From contig CAYOFP010000008.1 in assembly GCA_964403505.1 (NCBI GenBank), forward strand, positions 1,750-65,749: 64,000 bases of DNA. The letters are read 5' to 3'. The notes below the pieces were generated by a model, which saw only the letters and a list, made by a program, of their open reading frames with translations, was not told where the DNA came from and did not search any database. A program made the position numbers and the translations under genes. Positions 49,342-58,871 of the stretch are shown one piece after another. Positions within the stretch are counted from its first letter, which is position 1; every line of letters starts with the position of its first letter. The stretch is from an uncultured Lachnospiraceae bacterium. Its GTDB lineage: Bacteria > Bacillota > Clostridia > Oscillospirales > CAG-272.

Positions 49342-49493
49342 GATATTATCCTCTTGTTTTTTCAAAATATATATTATGATACCACTTTTTCGGACAAAAA
49401 ACAATATTTCTTTTGTTTTAGTTTGCTCATTTTGCCGAAAATAATAACGAAAGGCAGGTGTGAAAAATAAAAATTAAAATAATCACAAAAATA

Positions 49494-50237
49494 ATGCTGT
49501 GTGCACTCCTCTGTGCGGCGCTTGCCGTGCCGTCGTTTGCGCACGATGCGACGACGCCTTATAATTGGTATTGTAAAAACAATGATGAGCACGAATGCCC
49601 GAAGCCCGACGGATGCTTTGACTTTATGCGCGGGCATAACTGCGTGTATGCTGATACGGATACAAATGATAAGGTGATATATCTGACGTTTGACGCAGGC
49701 TATGAAAACGGAAATGTAGAAAAGATCCTCGACACTCTGAAAAAGCACAATGCTGTCGGTGCGTTTTTCATTCTCGATAATCTGATCGAGCGAAATCCGG
49801 AGCTTGTAAAACGCATGTCAGACGAAGGGCATACCGTCTGTAACCATACGTCAAAACACCATGATATGACGAAGGTAACGGATAAGAGTCAGTTTGAAAA
49901 GGAACTGTCAATGCTCGAGAAAAAGTATTTTGATCTGACGGGCAGGGAAATGGCGAAATTTTACCGACCTCCCGAGGGCAGATTCTCCGAGCAGAATCTG
50001 AGCTTTGCAGACGAGCTGGGATATAAGACGGTCTTATGGAGCTTTGCCTATGCCGATTGGGATAACGATAAGCAGCCCGATGAGGAAGCGGCTTATGAAA
50101 AAATTATGTCCCATACGCATAACGGAGAGATCATACTGCTGCACCCGACCTCGTCGACAAATGCCGCCATACTTGACAGGGTAATGACCGAGTGGGAAAA
50201 CCAGGGGTATAGGTTCGGTTCGCTATGCGATTTATAA
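49494..50237 (+). CDS. pdaA: polysaccharide deacetylase, PdaA-like (spore cortex muramic delta-lactam)
   Basis: YLTFDAGYENG, GHTVCNHTSKH, RPPEGRFS, WSFAYADW, ILLH. Confidence 0.75.
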   Translation: MLCALLCAALAVPSFAHDATTPYNWYCKNNDEHECPKPDGCFDFMRGHNCVYADTDTNDKVIYLTFDAGYENGNVEKILDTLKKHNAVGAFFILDNLIERNPELVKRMSDEGHTVCNHTSKHHDMTKVTDKSQFEKELSMLEKKYFDLTGREMAKFYRPPEGRFSEQNLSFADELGYKTVLWSFAYADWDNDKQPDEEAAYEKIMSHTHNGEIILLHPTSSTNAAILDRVMTEWENQGYRFGSLCDL

Positions 50238-50902
50238 AGAATCTGTCGGCGGCGCTTGCATTGGCAGTTTTGCTTTTCGGCGCTCGGTCGGAAGCGAAAG
50301 ACGCCGTCACGGGAGTTCCCAACTGTGAGAATAAAATAGCGCTCACGTTTGACGACGGACCGAGTGCGGCCTATACCTCGCAGATACTCGATATATTAAA
50401 GAAGTACGATATAAAGGCGACATTCTTTATTATCGGTGAAAATGCTGAGCAATATCCCGAGCTTGTCGCTCGTGAGATCGCCGAGGGGCATGAGATAGGC
50501 AACCACACATGGACGCATCCGCATATGAACGGCTGTGACGCAAAAAAGCTGAAAGAAGAGCTTGGAAAGACGGAAAAATTTTTGAAAGAAAAATTTGACT
50601 ATAAGCCGTCGGTTTTCAGACCTCCCGAGGGTTTTTGCTGTAAGACCGTGCAGAAATGTGCGGATGAATTCGGCTATGATATCATGCTTTGGGATATCGA
50701 TACGACCGACTGGGCGCATAACTCAGTTGATAATATCGTGCGCAGTGCGCTGGAGGCCAAGAGCGGCGATATCATACTGTGTCATGATTTCGTGCGAAAG
50801 CCGAGCCCGACGCCCGAGGCGCTCGAGCGCTTTATCCCCGAGCTGATAAACCGAGGGTATCAATTCGTCAAGGTGTCTGAGCTTTTGGCTGCCGAGAAAT
50901 AA
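50225..50902 (+). CDS. polysaccharide deacetylase (NodB domain)
   Basis: ALTFDDGP, GHEIGNHTWTH, FRPPEG, WDIDTTDW, ILCHD. Confidence 0.88.
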   Translation: MRFIKNLSAALALAVLLFGARSEAKDAVTGVPNCENKIALTFDDGPSAAYTSQILDILKKYDIKATFFIIGENAEQYPELVAREIAEGHEIGNHTWTHPHMNGCDAKKLKEELGKTEKFLKEKFDYKPSVFRPPEGFCCKTVQKCADEFGYDIMLWDIDTTDWAHNSVDNIVRSALEAKSGDIILCHDFVRKPSPTPEALERFIPELINRGYQFVKVSELLAAEK

Positions 50903-51003
50903 AAGAAACGAAAGATCAGAGATTCGCAAAAACTGTGAGTCTCTGATTTTTTGCGTCGTTTTATGCTTTTCGGGTACAATATTAATATCGGAGGTAACAG
51001 GAA

Positions 51004-51849
51004 ATGAAAGAATGGATTCTGATAAATGAAGCGGTAAAACGATTTGAAAAATATTTACGGGATGAGGAGAAGAGCGCTAACACAATTGAGAAATATCTGC
51101 GTGATATACGGGCGCTTATTGCGTATGCAGACGGGACGGAAATGACAAAAGCAACGATCGTTGCTTATAAAAACAAGCTTGTATCTGAAAATTATGCCAT
51201 CCGCAGTATCAATTCCATGTTAGCGAGCCTGAACAGCCTGTTTTCGTTTCTAGGCTGGCATGAGTGTAAAGTGAAGACCGTCAGGCTGCAACGGCAGATC
51301 TACTGCCCCGAGGAAAAAGAGCTGACCAAGGCTGAGTATCTTCGGCTCGTAAATACCGCAAAGCAGAAAGGAAACGAACGCCTTAACCTTATCCTGCAAA
51401 CGATATGCGGTACGGGCATCCGTGTAAGCGAACTTGAATTCATAACCTATGAGGCGGTACAAAACGGCGAGGCAACGGTCTCGCTCAAAGGCAAAACACG
51501 CTCGGTATTTATCGTGAACGAACTGCAAAAGAAATTGCTCCGCTACTCGGCAGGGCAGGGGATAAAGTCAGGCTGTATTTTTAAGACCCGTACAGGCAAG
51601 CCGATGAGCCGAACGAATATATGGCGTGAGATGAAGGCGCTTTGCGCACAGGCAAAGGTAAACCCGTCAAAGGTTTTTCCGCATAATTTGCGCCACCTTT
51701 TCGCACGTACCTTTTACGGTATCGAAAAGGATATCGCAAAGCTTGCCGACATCCTCGGCCACTCGAGTATCAACACTACGAGGATCTATATCATCACGAC
51801 CGGCAACGAGCACCGCCGGCGTATGGAAAATATGAGATTGATAATATAA
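51004..51849 (+). CDS. tyrosine recombinase, probable DNA invertase
   Basis: Catalytic TGIRVSEL, HNLRH and LGHSSINTTRIY; adjacent to inverted dif-like sites. Confidence 0.9.
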   Translation: MKEWILINEAVKRFEKYLRDEEKSANTIEKYLRDIRALIAYADGTEMTKATIVAYKNKLVSENYAIRSINSMLASLNSLFSFLGWHECKVKTVRLQRQIYCPEEKELTKAEYLRLVNTAKQKGNERLNLILQTICGTGIRVSELEFITYEAVQNGEATVSLKGKTRSVFIVNELQKKLLRYSAGQGIKSGCIFKTRTGKPMSRTNIWREMKALCAQAKVNPSKVFPHNLRHLFARTFYGIEKDIAKLADILGHSSINTTRIYIITTGNEHRRRMENMRLII

Positions 51850-51877
51850 AAAACACCCGCCCGAAACAGCGGATGCA

Positions 51878-52137
51878 ACATAATACATATTATGTACTAT
51901 GGTTATAGACGCTTTTGCTTCTATAGCCAATAATATATATGGTAGTATACCACGCCTTTAAACATTTTGCAATAGTTTAAGCGAAAAAAGTTAAAATAAA
52001 TACAGCACAAATAGGCCTTCTCACATTCTGAAATGAAAAGGCCGGGTTTTTTATGCCCGTTTTCGGCTGATGACGCTCACAATTCGCCCAGGAGCGTTTA
52101 TTTTTTATAATAGAATACAACATAATATGTATTATGT
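51878..52137. promoter_or_regulatory. invertible promoter segment bounded by perfect 18-bp inverted repeats
   Basis: ACATAATACATATTATGT (51878-51895) is the exact reverse complement of ACATAATATGTATTATGT (52120-52137). Confidence 0.85.
51944..51972 (-). promoter_or_regulatory. sigma-A promoter inside the invertible segment, pointing away from the surface-protein gene
   Basis: Minus strand: TTGCAA, 17-bp spacer, TATACT with an extended TGn. Confidence 0.7.
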
Positions 52138-52178
52138 AGTAATCTGAGATTATTATAAAAAGCAAGGAGGCTTTTGAT

Positions 52179-55100
52179 ATGAGAAAAAGCAAAAAGCAAG
52201 ATGAGAATCTGTCCAAAAAGACATGGAAACGCAAATTTTATGCGTCTCTTTCCATGCTTCTTGTTTCGGCGATACTCATGATCCTGTCCACCTATGCGTG
52301 GCTTGTGCTGTCAACGGCGCCCGAGGTTTCCGGTATCACAACGAATATCGGCGCTAACGGAAGCTTAGAGATCACTCTCTTGAATACCGAGAACAGAAAT
52401 GACTTGTCGGCGATCAAGACATCTGACGCAGGAAATACCATTTCTACAGTCGGTGCATATACGGCCAACACCACATGGGGTAACCTCATTGATTTGAGCG
52501 ATGAACGCTACGGTATGTCAAATATTGCCTTGCTGCCTGCACGGCTTAAGCTGTCGGGTAATGACGGTAACTACCAAACCGAGGGCGCTTATCTGTCCAT
52601 ACCGAAGTATGACTATGACGGCAGAGTAGTGCAGATCAGTGAAGGTACTGTATCTGCAATTTATGGTTCATCCAACGGTACTTCTGATTTTTACTTCAAA
52701 TCGAACAAGCAGGACTACGGCGTCCGTGCTATCGGTACGGCAGTTAATGTTGATTCTTTGAGCTCTGCGCTGTCGTCCGCCCGGGGCAATGTGATGACCT
52801 CTGCCACCACCGCAAATAATACAGCCAAAACAGCATTTGAAAATAACGGCGAAGGCGTATTTAGCATCATGATTACGCATATGGGCGGCTCATCAGCCAC
52901 ACACAGTGATAAAGATGTTACGTCTCTGAAGGCTCTGGCAATGGGCTTACAGGAGTCGTTGGGTTATATAGAAAATGCCTACCGTCAGGCTATCGTGGGT
53001 TACGCCGCAGCAAATGCAGAAAACTATGAAGCCTTTTCTCCTATCAAGGATAAGATTACTGATAAAGCGAATGCTCTTTCGTCGCTTGTTTCGCTATACG
53101 CCGGCACTATCCCTGTCGAGTTTATTACTTCTGTGAAAACTCTGGAAAATTTGCAAAATGATATACGTGCTGCTATAAACGATTGTAACGCTTTAAGTGG
53201 CGGTTCGTACACATGGGCGCAGATATCGCCCATTATGAAGCGTATTATGGATACTGACAAGGTCTTTATCGATAGTAAAAAGCTGTCTGATACGAACCCG
53301 GGTGATATATTGGGTGCATCCGGTGAGGTCGTTGTAACTCTCGGCCCCGGCTCGGGCGTTCCTGCCGGCATTGCCGATTTTGCAGGTAATTATGATGCAT
53401 CGTATAAAATTATGGGCAAGGATATTAAGATCACCACCCAGACCAAGCAGTCTCCTACATATCTTAAAGCGGTCTCTGACGGAATGGATTCTCTTAAGGC
53501 GAATGACTCGGGATCTGCATCCGTGGATGTCACTTCTCCTCTGAAGGCGATCTACGGCTACGCCATTGACCTGGCTTTCCGTACCAATGCGACCGGAGCT
53601 CAACTGCAGCTGCAAACAGATTCTGCACAGCGTGTTTATCAGGACTCCACATCGAACGCTACTCAGGGCGGCGGAAGTTATATGGAATTTTCCTCTTCGT
53701 CTGATATTTACGGCGTAGGCGATCTGGTCAATATAATGGATGCTGTGCGTGTAGGTTTCGTTGATGATATGAATAACGTCCTCGGCATCGCACGGCTGAA
53801 CACCAGTAACTACTCGTCAGAGAATGGTAAGGTCAAAGCTCCCTTATACCTGTACAAATATACTGTTGAAAACGGTGTCCTTAAAATTGACGAGCGCCGT
53901 AAGACCGACTCTGCTATTACGAGCTTGGATAGAAATATCGTTAAGGCTGTTACGGCTGTTGTCTGGCTTGACGGCGATATGATAGACAATACTATGGTAG
54001 CGGCAGATAAAGAAGCGGCACTCAGCGGTGTTTTAAATCTGCAATTCTCAACTGATATTGATTTGATTCCCGTGCATAACGATAGTGTGTACTCTTTGAC
54101 CGTCGACCGTGAGGGCTTGAAAACGCAGGTGGAAAAGTCCGCCCCGATCATCAATAACGGTAAGGGTATGAATACCACGGAAAGCTGGAATAAATTTACT
54201 GTCGCTTATAATTATGCCGATGCTGTAAATAAAGATGAGACTTCCACACCGATCCAGGTGGCAAATGCTACCAAGGCACTCGAAAAAGCTGAGTCTGACC
54301 TAAAAGAAGTGACCCACGACGCACTGAAAGGAAAGATCAAAGAAGTGCGTGACGAGGTAGGTACTACTGACAAGGTTGCACGCCTTGCCTACTACTATGA
54401 CGGTACCGCTGATTTGCCCGAGGGCATTGACAAAAATACCCCTGCCGGTGTGATCACCAAGAATCCCGATGATATTAAGACAGAGGATGAATATAAGAAA
54501 TATACACCCGTCTATACCGTTGATTATGAAAAAAATCTTCGTGAGGAATTCGACGGCTCTAAGACCCTTATCTACACTGAGGAAAGCTGGCTTGCTTTAG
54601 CTGATGCTCTGTATCATGCAGAGATAAAGGATCTTGATCCCACATTGACAAATGATGAACTCGATGATGCAATCACCGTTTTGGACAACGCCTTTAAGAG
54701 CTTAGTGTTTGAGAACTACTACGAGGCATATGAGCTTAACGGGGAAGTGTATTACTTCTCACAGAAGGACTACAAAGACGATACCTACGGTCAGTGGTAT
54801 GACAGCAATTTCAAGCGTGTTGTTGCCGACAAACTTATCCTGGATCTGGATACCCGTGCAGAACCTCTCGAAGTGGCAACGATTGAAATACAGGACTATA
54901 TTGACAATACAAATGACAAGCTGCTTCCCGGCGTAAAGCTCGGCGAACGGTATAAGACAGGCGATGAGATCATCGGGTTGCACTGGGAGTGTGACGATCT
55001 CAAACTGTTCTCCTTTGAAGAAAAGCTTGCAGAGTTGGATAATCTGATTGCACAGGCAAAGCAGAAAGGCTACACAGGCGCTGCACTTGACGAGGCTGTA

Positions 55101-55706
55101 AATGCCCGTAACACATTCAACGGTGAGGATAGTTTAGATAGTTACATTACATCGCTGAAAACAGCTCTGTCGAATAATAATCCGACAGAAGGCTTCATGG
55201 TTCCCATCGGTCCTGACAGTTACACCTTCATTAACCGTATCGAAATGCCCAACACCCTGTTGCACATAAAAGGCGAGAATGTGAACACCACAGTTCGGCT
55301 GAGTGCATGGGTTCTGACGAAGAATGGCGTTATTTATAAGGTGACTAAAGATGTTACTCTTTACACGAAGGCATCGGATGCTGAACTCGAGAGCTCATAT
55401 GAGACAGAGCTTATTGCCGGTAATGAAATGACATCGGCAGGCGTCAGCTTAATTTCCGATACAACTACCGAGACGATACGTTCCTACAGCTGGGCAAGCA
55501 GTAACACGAATGTCGCTGTTATTAAGAACCCCACGTCCGCTGAATGCAAAATTGTAGGCGTAGAGGCAGGAACGACTGAGATCAGTGTATCTGTTGAAAC
55601 CTACCAAGGGAATACATATACATCACACTACACAATCATAGTAAATCCGGCTCCCGAACCTGACCCTGAACCCGAACAGTCCGAGGAGCCAACGGAGACT
55701 CCATAA
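52179..55706 (+). CDS. large secreted or surface protein with SipW-type signal peptide, FIVAR-like repeats and C-terminal Ig-like (Big_2) domain
   Basis: AAGGAGG RBS; hydrophobic helix ending STYAWL; TTESWNKF and YTEESWLAL repeats; WASSNTNVAVI; Pro/Glu tail; no LPXTG. Confidence 0.75.
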   Translation: MRKSKKQDENLSKKTWKRKFYASLSMLLVSAILMILSTYAWLVLSTAPEVSGITTNIGANGSLEITLLNTENRNDLSAIKTSDAGNTISTVGAYTANTTWGNLIDLSDERYGMSNIALLPARLKLSGNDGNYQTEGAYLSIPKYDYDGRVVQISEGTVSAIYGSSNGTSDFYFKSNKQDYGVRAIGTAVNVDSLSSALSSARGNVMTSATTANNTAKTAFENNGEGVFSIMITHMGGSSATHSDKDVTSLKALAMGLQESLGYIENAYRQAIVGYAAANAENYEAFSPIKDKITDKANALSSLVSLYAGTIPVEFITSVKTLENLQNDIRAAINDCNALSGGSYTWAQISPIMKRIMDTDKVFIDSKKLSDTNPGDILGASGEVVVTLGPGSGVPAGIADFAGNYDASYKIMGKDIKITTQTKQSPTYLKAVSDGMDSLKANDSGSASVDVTSPLKAIYGYAIDLAFRTNATGAQLQLQTDSAQRVYQDSTSNATQGGGSYMEFSSSSDIYGVGDLVNIMDAVRVGFVDDMNNVLGIARLNTSNYSSENGKVKAPLYLYKYTVENGVLKIDERRKTDSAITSLDRNIVKAVTAVVWLDGDMIDNTMVAADKEAALSGVLNLQFSTDIDLIPVHNDSVYSLTVDREGLKTQVEKSAPIINNGKGMNTTESWNKFTVAYNYADAVNKDETSTPIQVANATKALEKAESDLKEVTHDALKGKIKEVRDEVGTTDKVARLAYYYDGTADLPEGIDKNTPAGVITKNPDDIKTEDEYKKYTPVYTVDYEKNLREEFDGSKTLIYTEESWLALADALYHAEIKDLDPTLTNDELDDAITVLDNAFKSLVFENYYEAYELNGEVYYFSQKDYKDDTYGQWYDSNFKRVVADKLILDLDTRAEPLEVATIEIQDYIDNTNDKLLPGVKLGERYKTGDEIIGLHWECDDLKLFSFEEKLAELDNLIAQAKQKGYTGAALDEAVNARNTFNGEDSLDSYITSLKTALSNNNPTEGFMVPIGPDSYTFINRIEMPNTLLHIKGENVNTTVRLSAWVLTKNGVIYKVTKDVTLYTKASDAELESSYETELIAGNEMTSAGVSLISDTTTETIRSYSWASSNTNVAVIKNPTSAECKIVGVEAGTTEISVSVETYQGNTYTSHYTIIVNPAPEPDPEPEQSEEPTETP

Positions 55707-55869
55707 CTCCGTGCCTGATATAAAATACGTCGGGCAGAAAATCTCCCCGACGTGTTTTATCACAATACCGGTAGTATTACCATATTTTATGATTTGGTAA
55801 TTCTCCTCTAAAAATCCGCTATCGCTTGAAAAAAGCAATAGCGGATTATTTTTTAAAAAATCACAGAAA

Positions 55870-56120
55870 CTTTACGGCTTTAGATATGACAATGGGTGAT
55901 AGAATATATAAATTCTAATCTGTAAATCTGCAGAAAACAGTCCCTCAGTCAGAACCGCTGACAGCTCCCCTTGCACAGAGGAGCCGGGGGATGCGGATGA
56001 TTTTTTGCTTGAATTACATATATTTAATTACTTCTTGATTTTACATTTTGACCGGGATAGAAACATCAGCGCAAAGGCAGGGTTTATCTTCTCTCTGAAA
56101 AGGCTCGTACAGCTAAAACT
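55870..56120 (+). repeat. dispersed REP-like repeat, copy 1
   Basis: Blocks ctttacggctttagat, gctccccttgcacagaggagccgggggatgc (31 bp, 55964-55994) and attacttcttgatttt recur in the same order at 60685-60806. Confidence 0.65.
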
Positions 56121-56154
56121 GTGCGAGCCTTTATTAAAGACCTCCCTCATATTT

Positions 56155-57537
56155 TCATGATTTCTTGACTCGGAATATCAGTTTTTTCATTGCGTTTGCA
56201 TTAAAAGGAATCAGAGGATAGAGGTATGATCTGCCACCTACGCCTCGGTTTGTTACGATCAGGATATTAATCAGCACGATTGCCGCAATAAATCCCCAGA
56301 GTCCGAAAAATGCCGTGAATATAAGCGCCAGAAGCCGCATGAATTTCAGTGCATAGCCGAGCTCGTAGCTGACCTGCGTGAAATTTCCTATGGTCGATAT
56401 GGCTACATATAATATGACCGCCGGGGTGAACCATCCTGCGGCGACCGCAAAATCACTCAATATAAGACCTGCCACGACCGACAAAGAATTGCCGAGCATA
56501 TCGGGCGTATTGACCGCTGCGAGTTTTAAGCCGTCTATTGCAAATTCGGCGAGGAATATCTGAGCGATGATCGATATTTTTGCATCGTTATCGATGATAA
56601 CGAATGACAGCATATCCGGGACGAGGCCGGGATTTGTCTGCAATAAATACCACAACGGCAGGAGATATACCGTAAGGATGACGATAATGATCCGTGATAT
56701 GCGCAGATACGTGCCGACGAGCGGCGGAAAATAATAATCGTCGGTTTCCTGTGCGAAATCAAAAATAGAGGTCGGCAGTATCATGACAGCGGGATAGTTG
56801 TCACAGATCAGGAGGATGCTGCCCTCGAGCAGGTGAGCGCACGCCGTATCGGGACGCTCGGTGTATCGGATCTTTGGAAAAGGATTATACCATTTTCGTT
56901 TGATGAGCACTTCGGCGAGCGACTCTGCACCCATATTCAGGGAATCGGTGTTGATGGAATTGATCTTATCTCGTAATTTTTGTAGTAATTTTTTGTCGCA
57001 TAGGTTGTCCATGTAGCAAAGTGCCACATCGGTCTTTGTTGCGCTGCCGACCGTGAACTGCTCGGTGCACATTCTCCTGTCACGGACTCTGCGCCGCATG
57101 AGAGAGGTATTTAGGATGATCGATTCGCCGAAGCCGTCACGGGAGCCTCGCATGACCTTATCGGTCTCGGGCTCTTCCACACCTCGCAGGGGGTAGGAAC
57201 GGGCATACATGATAATGCCGCAGTCATTTCCCTCACGCAGTATCGCCGTGCCGCCCTTCATGACTCCGTCTGCGAGCAGATCTGCATCGTCCATTGCGTC
57301 GGTCTCGATGTAGGGAACGCCTGCACTCTTGAATATCCCGTCATCGCAGAACCTCATGAAGAAATTGACCGAGTCGGTAAGGACGGTATCCTTCACAAGA
57401 CCGTCTATGGCGTATAGGACACATCTTTTTCCTGAAAGGTCTGTAAATTCTCTCCGTATAATGTCGAAAGCGTTGTCGGTATTCAGCGCAAAATCGAGTG
57501 CGGCACGGTCTTTTTCATAAATTCCGCATAATTTCAT
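56155..57537 (-). CDS. spoVAF: spore germination protein, GerA family (SpoVAF-like)
   Basis: RGSRDGFGE..NTSLMRRR, NPFPKIRYTERPD, TM-rich C-terminus. Confidence 0.75.
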   Translation of the reverse strand: MKLCGIYEKDRAALDFALNTDNAFDIIRREFTDLSGKRCVLYAIDGLVKDTVLTDSVNFFMRFCDDGIFKSAGVPYIETDAMDDADLLADGVMKGGTAILREGNDCGIIMYARSYPLRGVEEPETDKVMRGSRDGFGESIILNTSLMRRRVRDRRMCTEQFTVGSATKTDVALCYMDNLCDKKLLQKLRDKINSINTDSLNMGAESLAEVLIKRKWYNPFPKIRYTERPDTACAHLLEGSILLICDNYPAVMILPTSIFDFAQETDDYYFPPLVGTYLRISRIIIVILTVYLLPLWYLLQTNPGLVPDMLSFVIIDNDAKISIIAQIFLAEFAIDGLKLAAVNTPDMLGNSLSVVAGLILSDFAVAAGWFTPAVILYVAISTIGNFTQVSYELGYALKFMRLLALIFTAFFGLWGFIAAIVLINILIVTNRGVGGRSYLYPLIPFNANAMKKLIFRVKKS

Positions 57538-57682
57538 ATTTCATCACCTTTTCGTGGCTAAATTTTCAAACGACGATAATTTCATGGGCGTTGAAAATCA
57601 CTATTGCAAGCGACGCTATCCGGAATATCGTGTTTTTTATTATATTATTTCACAAAAAGAGAAAAATATGATATAAATCATC

Positions 57683-57711
57683 TTGACATTTTATTTTGTT
57701 TGTGATATTAT
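57683..57711 (+). promoter_or_regulatory. tRNA promoter
   Basis: TTGACA, 17-bp spacer, TATTAT with extended TG. Confidence 0.7.
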
Positions 57712-57729
57712 ATTCAAGTACGAATAAAC

Positions 57730-57805
57730 GCGCCCGTAGCTCAGCGGATAGAGTGCCCGGCTACGAACCGGTAGGTCGAGGGTTCGAATCCCCCCGGGCG
57801 CGCCA
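57730..57805 (+). tRNA. tRNA-Arg (ACG)
   Basis: GCGCCCG acceptor stem, TAGCTCAGCGGATAGAG D-arm, anticodon loop CTACGAA, GGTTCGAATCC T-arm, CCA. Confidence 0.95.
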
Positions 57806-57806
57806 G

Positions 57807-57835
57807 AAAAAGCCTCGTCATCGACGAGGTTTTTT
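57807..57835 (+). terminator. intrinsic terminator after the tRNA
   Basis: aaaagcctcgtc-atc-gacgaggtttttt. Confidence 0.75.
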
Positions 57836-57838
57836 CAA

Positions 57839-58010
57839 TGAAATTTGCCCTTCGGGCAAGTGAAATAGCTTCGCTGTGAAATATTTGCTTCGCAAATGTG
57901 AAATGCGCTGCGGCGCATAAGGGCAAATTTTATTTCATATTGCGACGAAGGAGCAATATTTCATATGACCTAAGGTCATTATTTCACATCGAGCGAAGCG
58001 AGATATTTCA
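57839..58010. repeat. array of short hairpins separated by TGAAAT (x4), then ATTTCA (x4)
   Basis: Units include ttgccc-ttc-gggcaa, atttgc-ttc-gcaaat and tgacc-taa-ggtca. Left and right spacers are complementary. Confidence 0.7.
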
Positions 58011-58060
58011 TCTTATTTTCTGAAAAGTAGTTTTATTTATAGAAAAGGAAGTGGTCTTTG

Positions 58061-58585
58061 ATGATAATTGAAAACAGGAAAGTTTTTATCGCCAATGATA
58101 TATTATCTTTAGTAGAGCGTAATCCTGAATTTGATGATATCAATGATTATGAATGTTGGCAAGATAAAGCTACACAAGATGGATTTAATTTCAAACATGA
58201 CATGACATTGGAAGCGTTTTGCAATCTGCCGACCAGATCAAGATTTATCGCTACGATACAGCGAAATTCAGATAGCGCTTGTATTGGTTCAATATTTGTT
58301 TCTCCGGAGGGAAATCTACCGGATCTGGCGATTATGGTATATGAGCCGTTCAGACACCATGGATATGGAACAATTGCTTTTTTACTCGGTATAAAATACT
58401 GCTTTGATGTTTTAAAGATAGATAAATTGTATGCCGGTTGCTATGAAACAAATATCGTCAGCCAAAAGATGCTGTCCAAATGCGGATTTCAGCCGAATCC
58501 TCCGGGCGATACGCGTGAAAAGCATTACTTAACCGGTAAGCCTATCACGCAATTTGATTTTTTGCTCTCAAACCCGAATTCCTGA
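58061..58585 (+). CDS. GNAT (RimJ/RimL-like) N-acetyltransferase
   Basis: FRHHGYGT motif A; NIVSQKMLSKCGF. Confidence 0.82.
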   Translation: MIIENRKVFIANDILSLVERNPEFDDINDYECWQDKATQDGFNFKHDMTLEAFCNLPTRSRFIATIQRNSDSACIGSIFVSPEGNLPDLAIMVYEPFRHHGYGTIAFLLGIKYCFDVLKIDKLYAGCYETNIVSQKMLSKCGFQPNPPGDTREKHYLTGKPITQFDFLLSNPNS

Positions 58586-58871
58586 TTTTCATAATGCTTA
58601 CGGTGAACTCATAAGTAATGTTTACAGTGATCAGCTTGCGATCGTCATGAAAACCGTAAAGAATAAGGAACTCATCACCCGACGGAGATCCCCCCGGTGT
58701 ACCCTCAAAAACGACAAGTTTCAGCTTGCCGTTTTTTGTTTGCTTACTTGAATATCCGCACAAACTCAAACAACGGTTGAGAGGCAAACAACTATGTGAT
58801 AATTGTTTTTTCGCTGCGATGTGCTATAATAAAATCACACCGGTGAAATACATTTTCAAGGAGAAATTATT

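Noticed and set aside
51878-51895. chromosomal dif site, or att site of a prophage or ICE
   Set aside because: Occurs as an inverted pair around a promoter next to its own recombinase; no phage or conjugation genes nearby.
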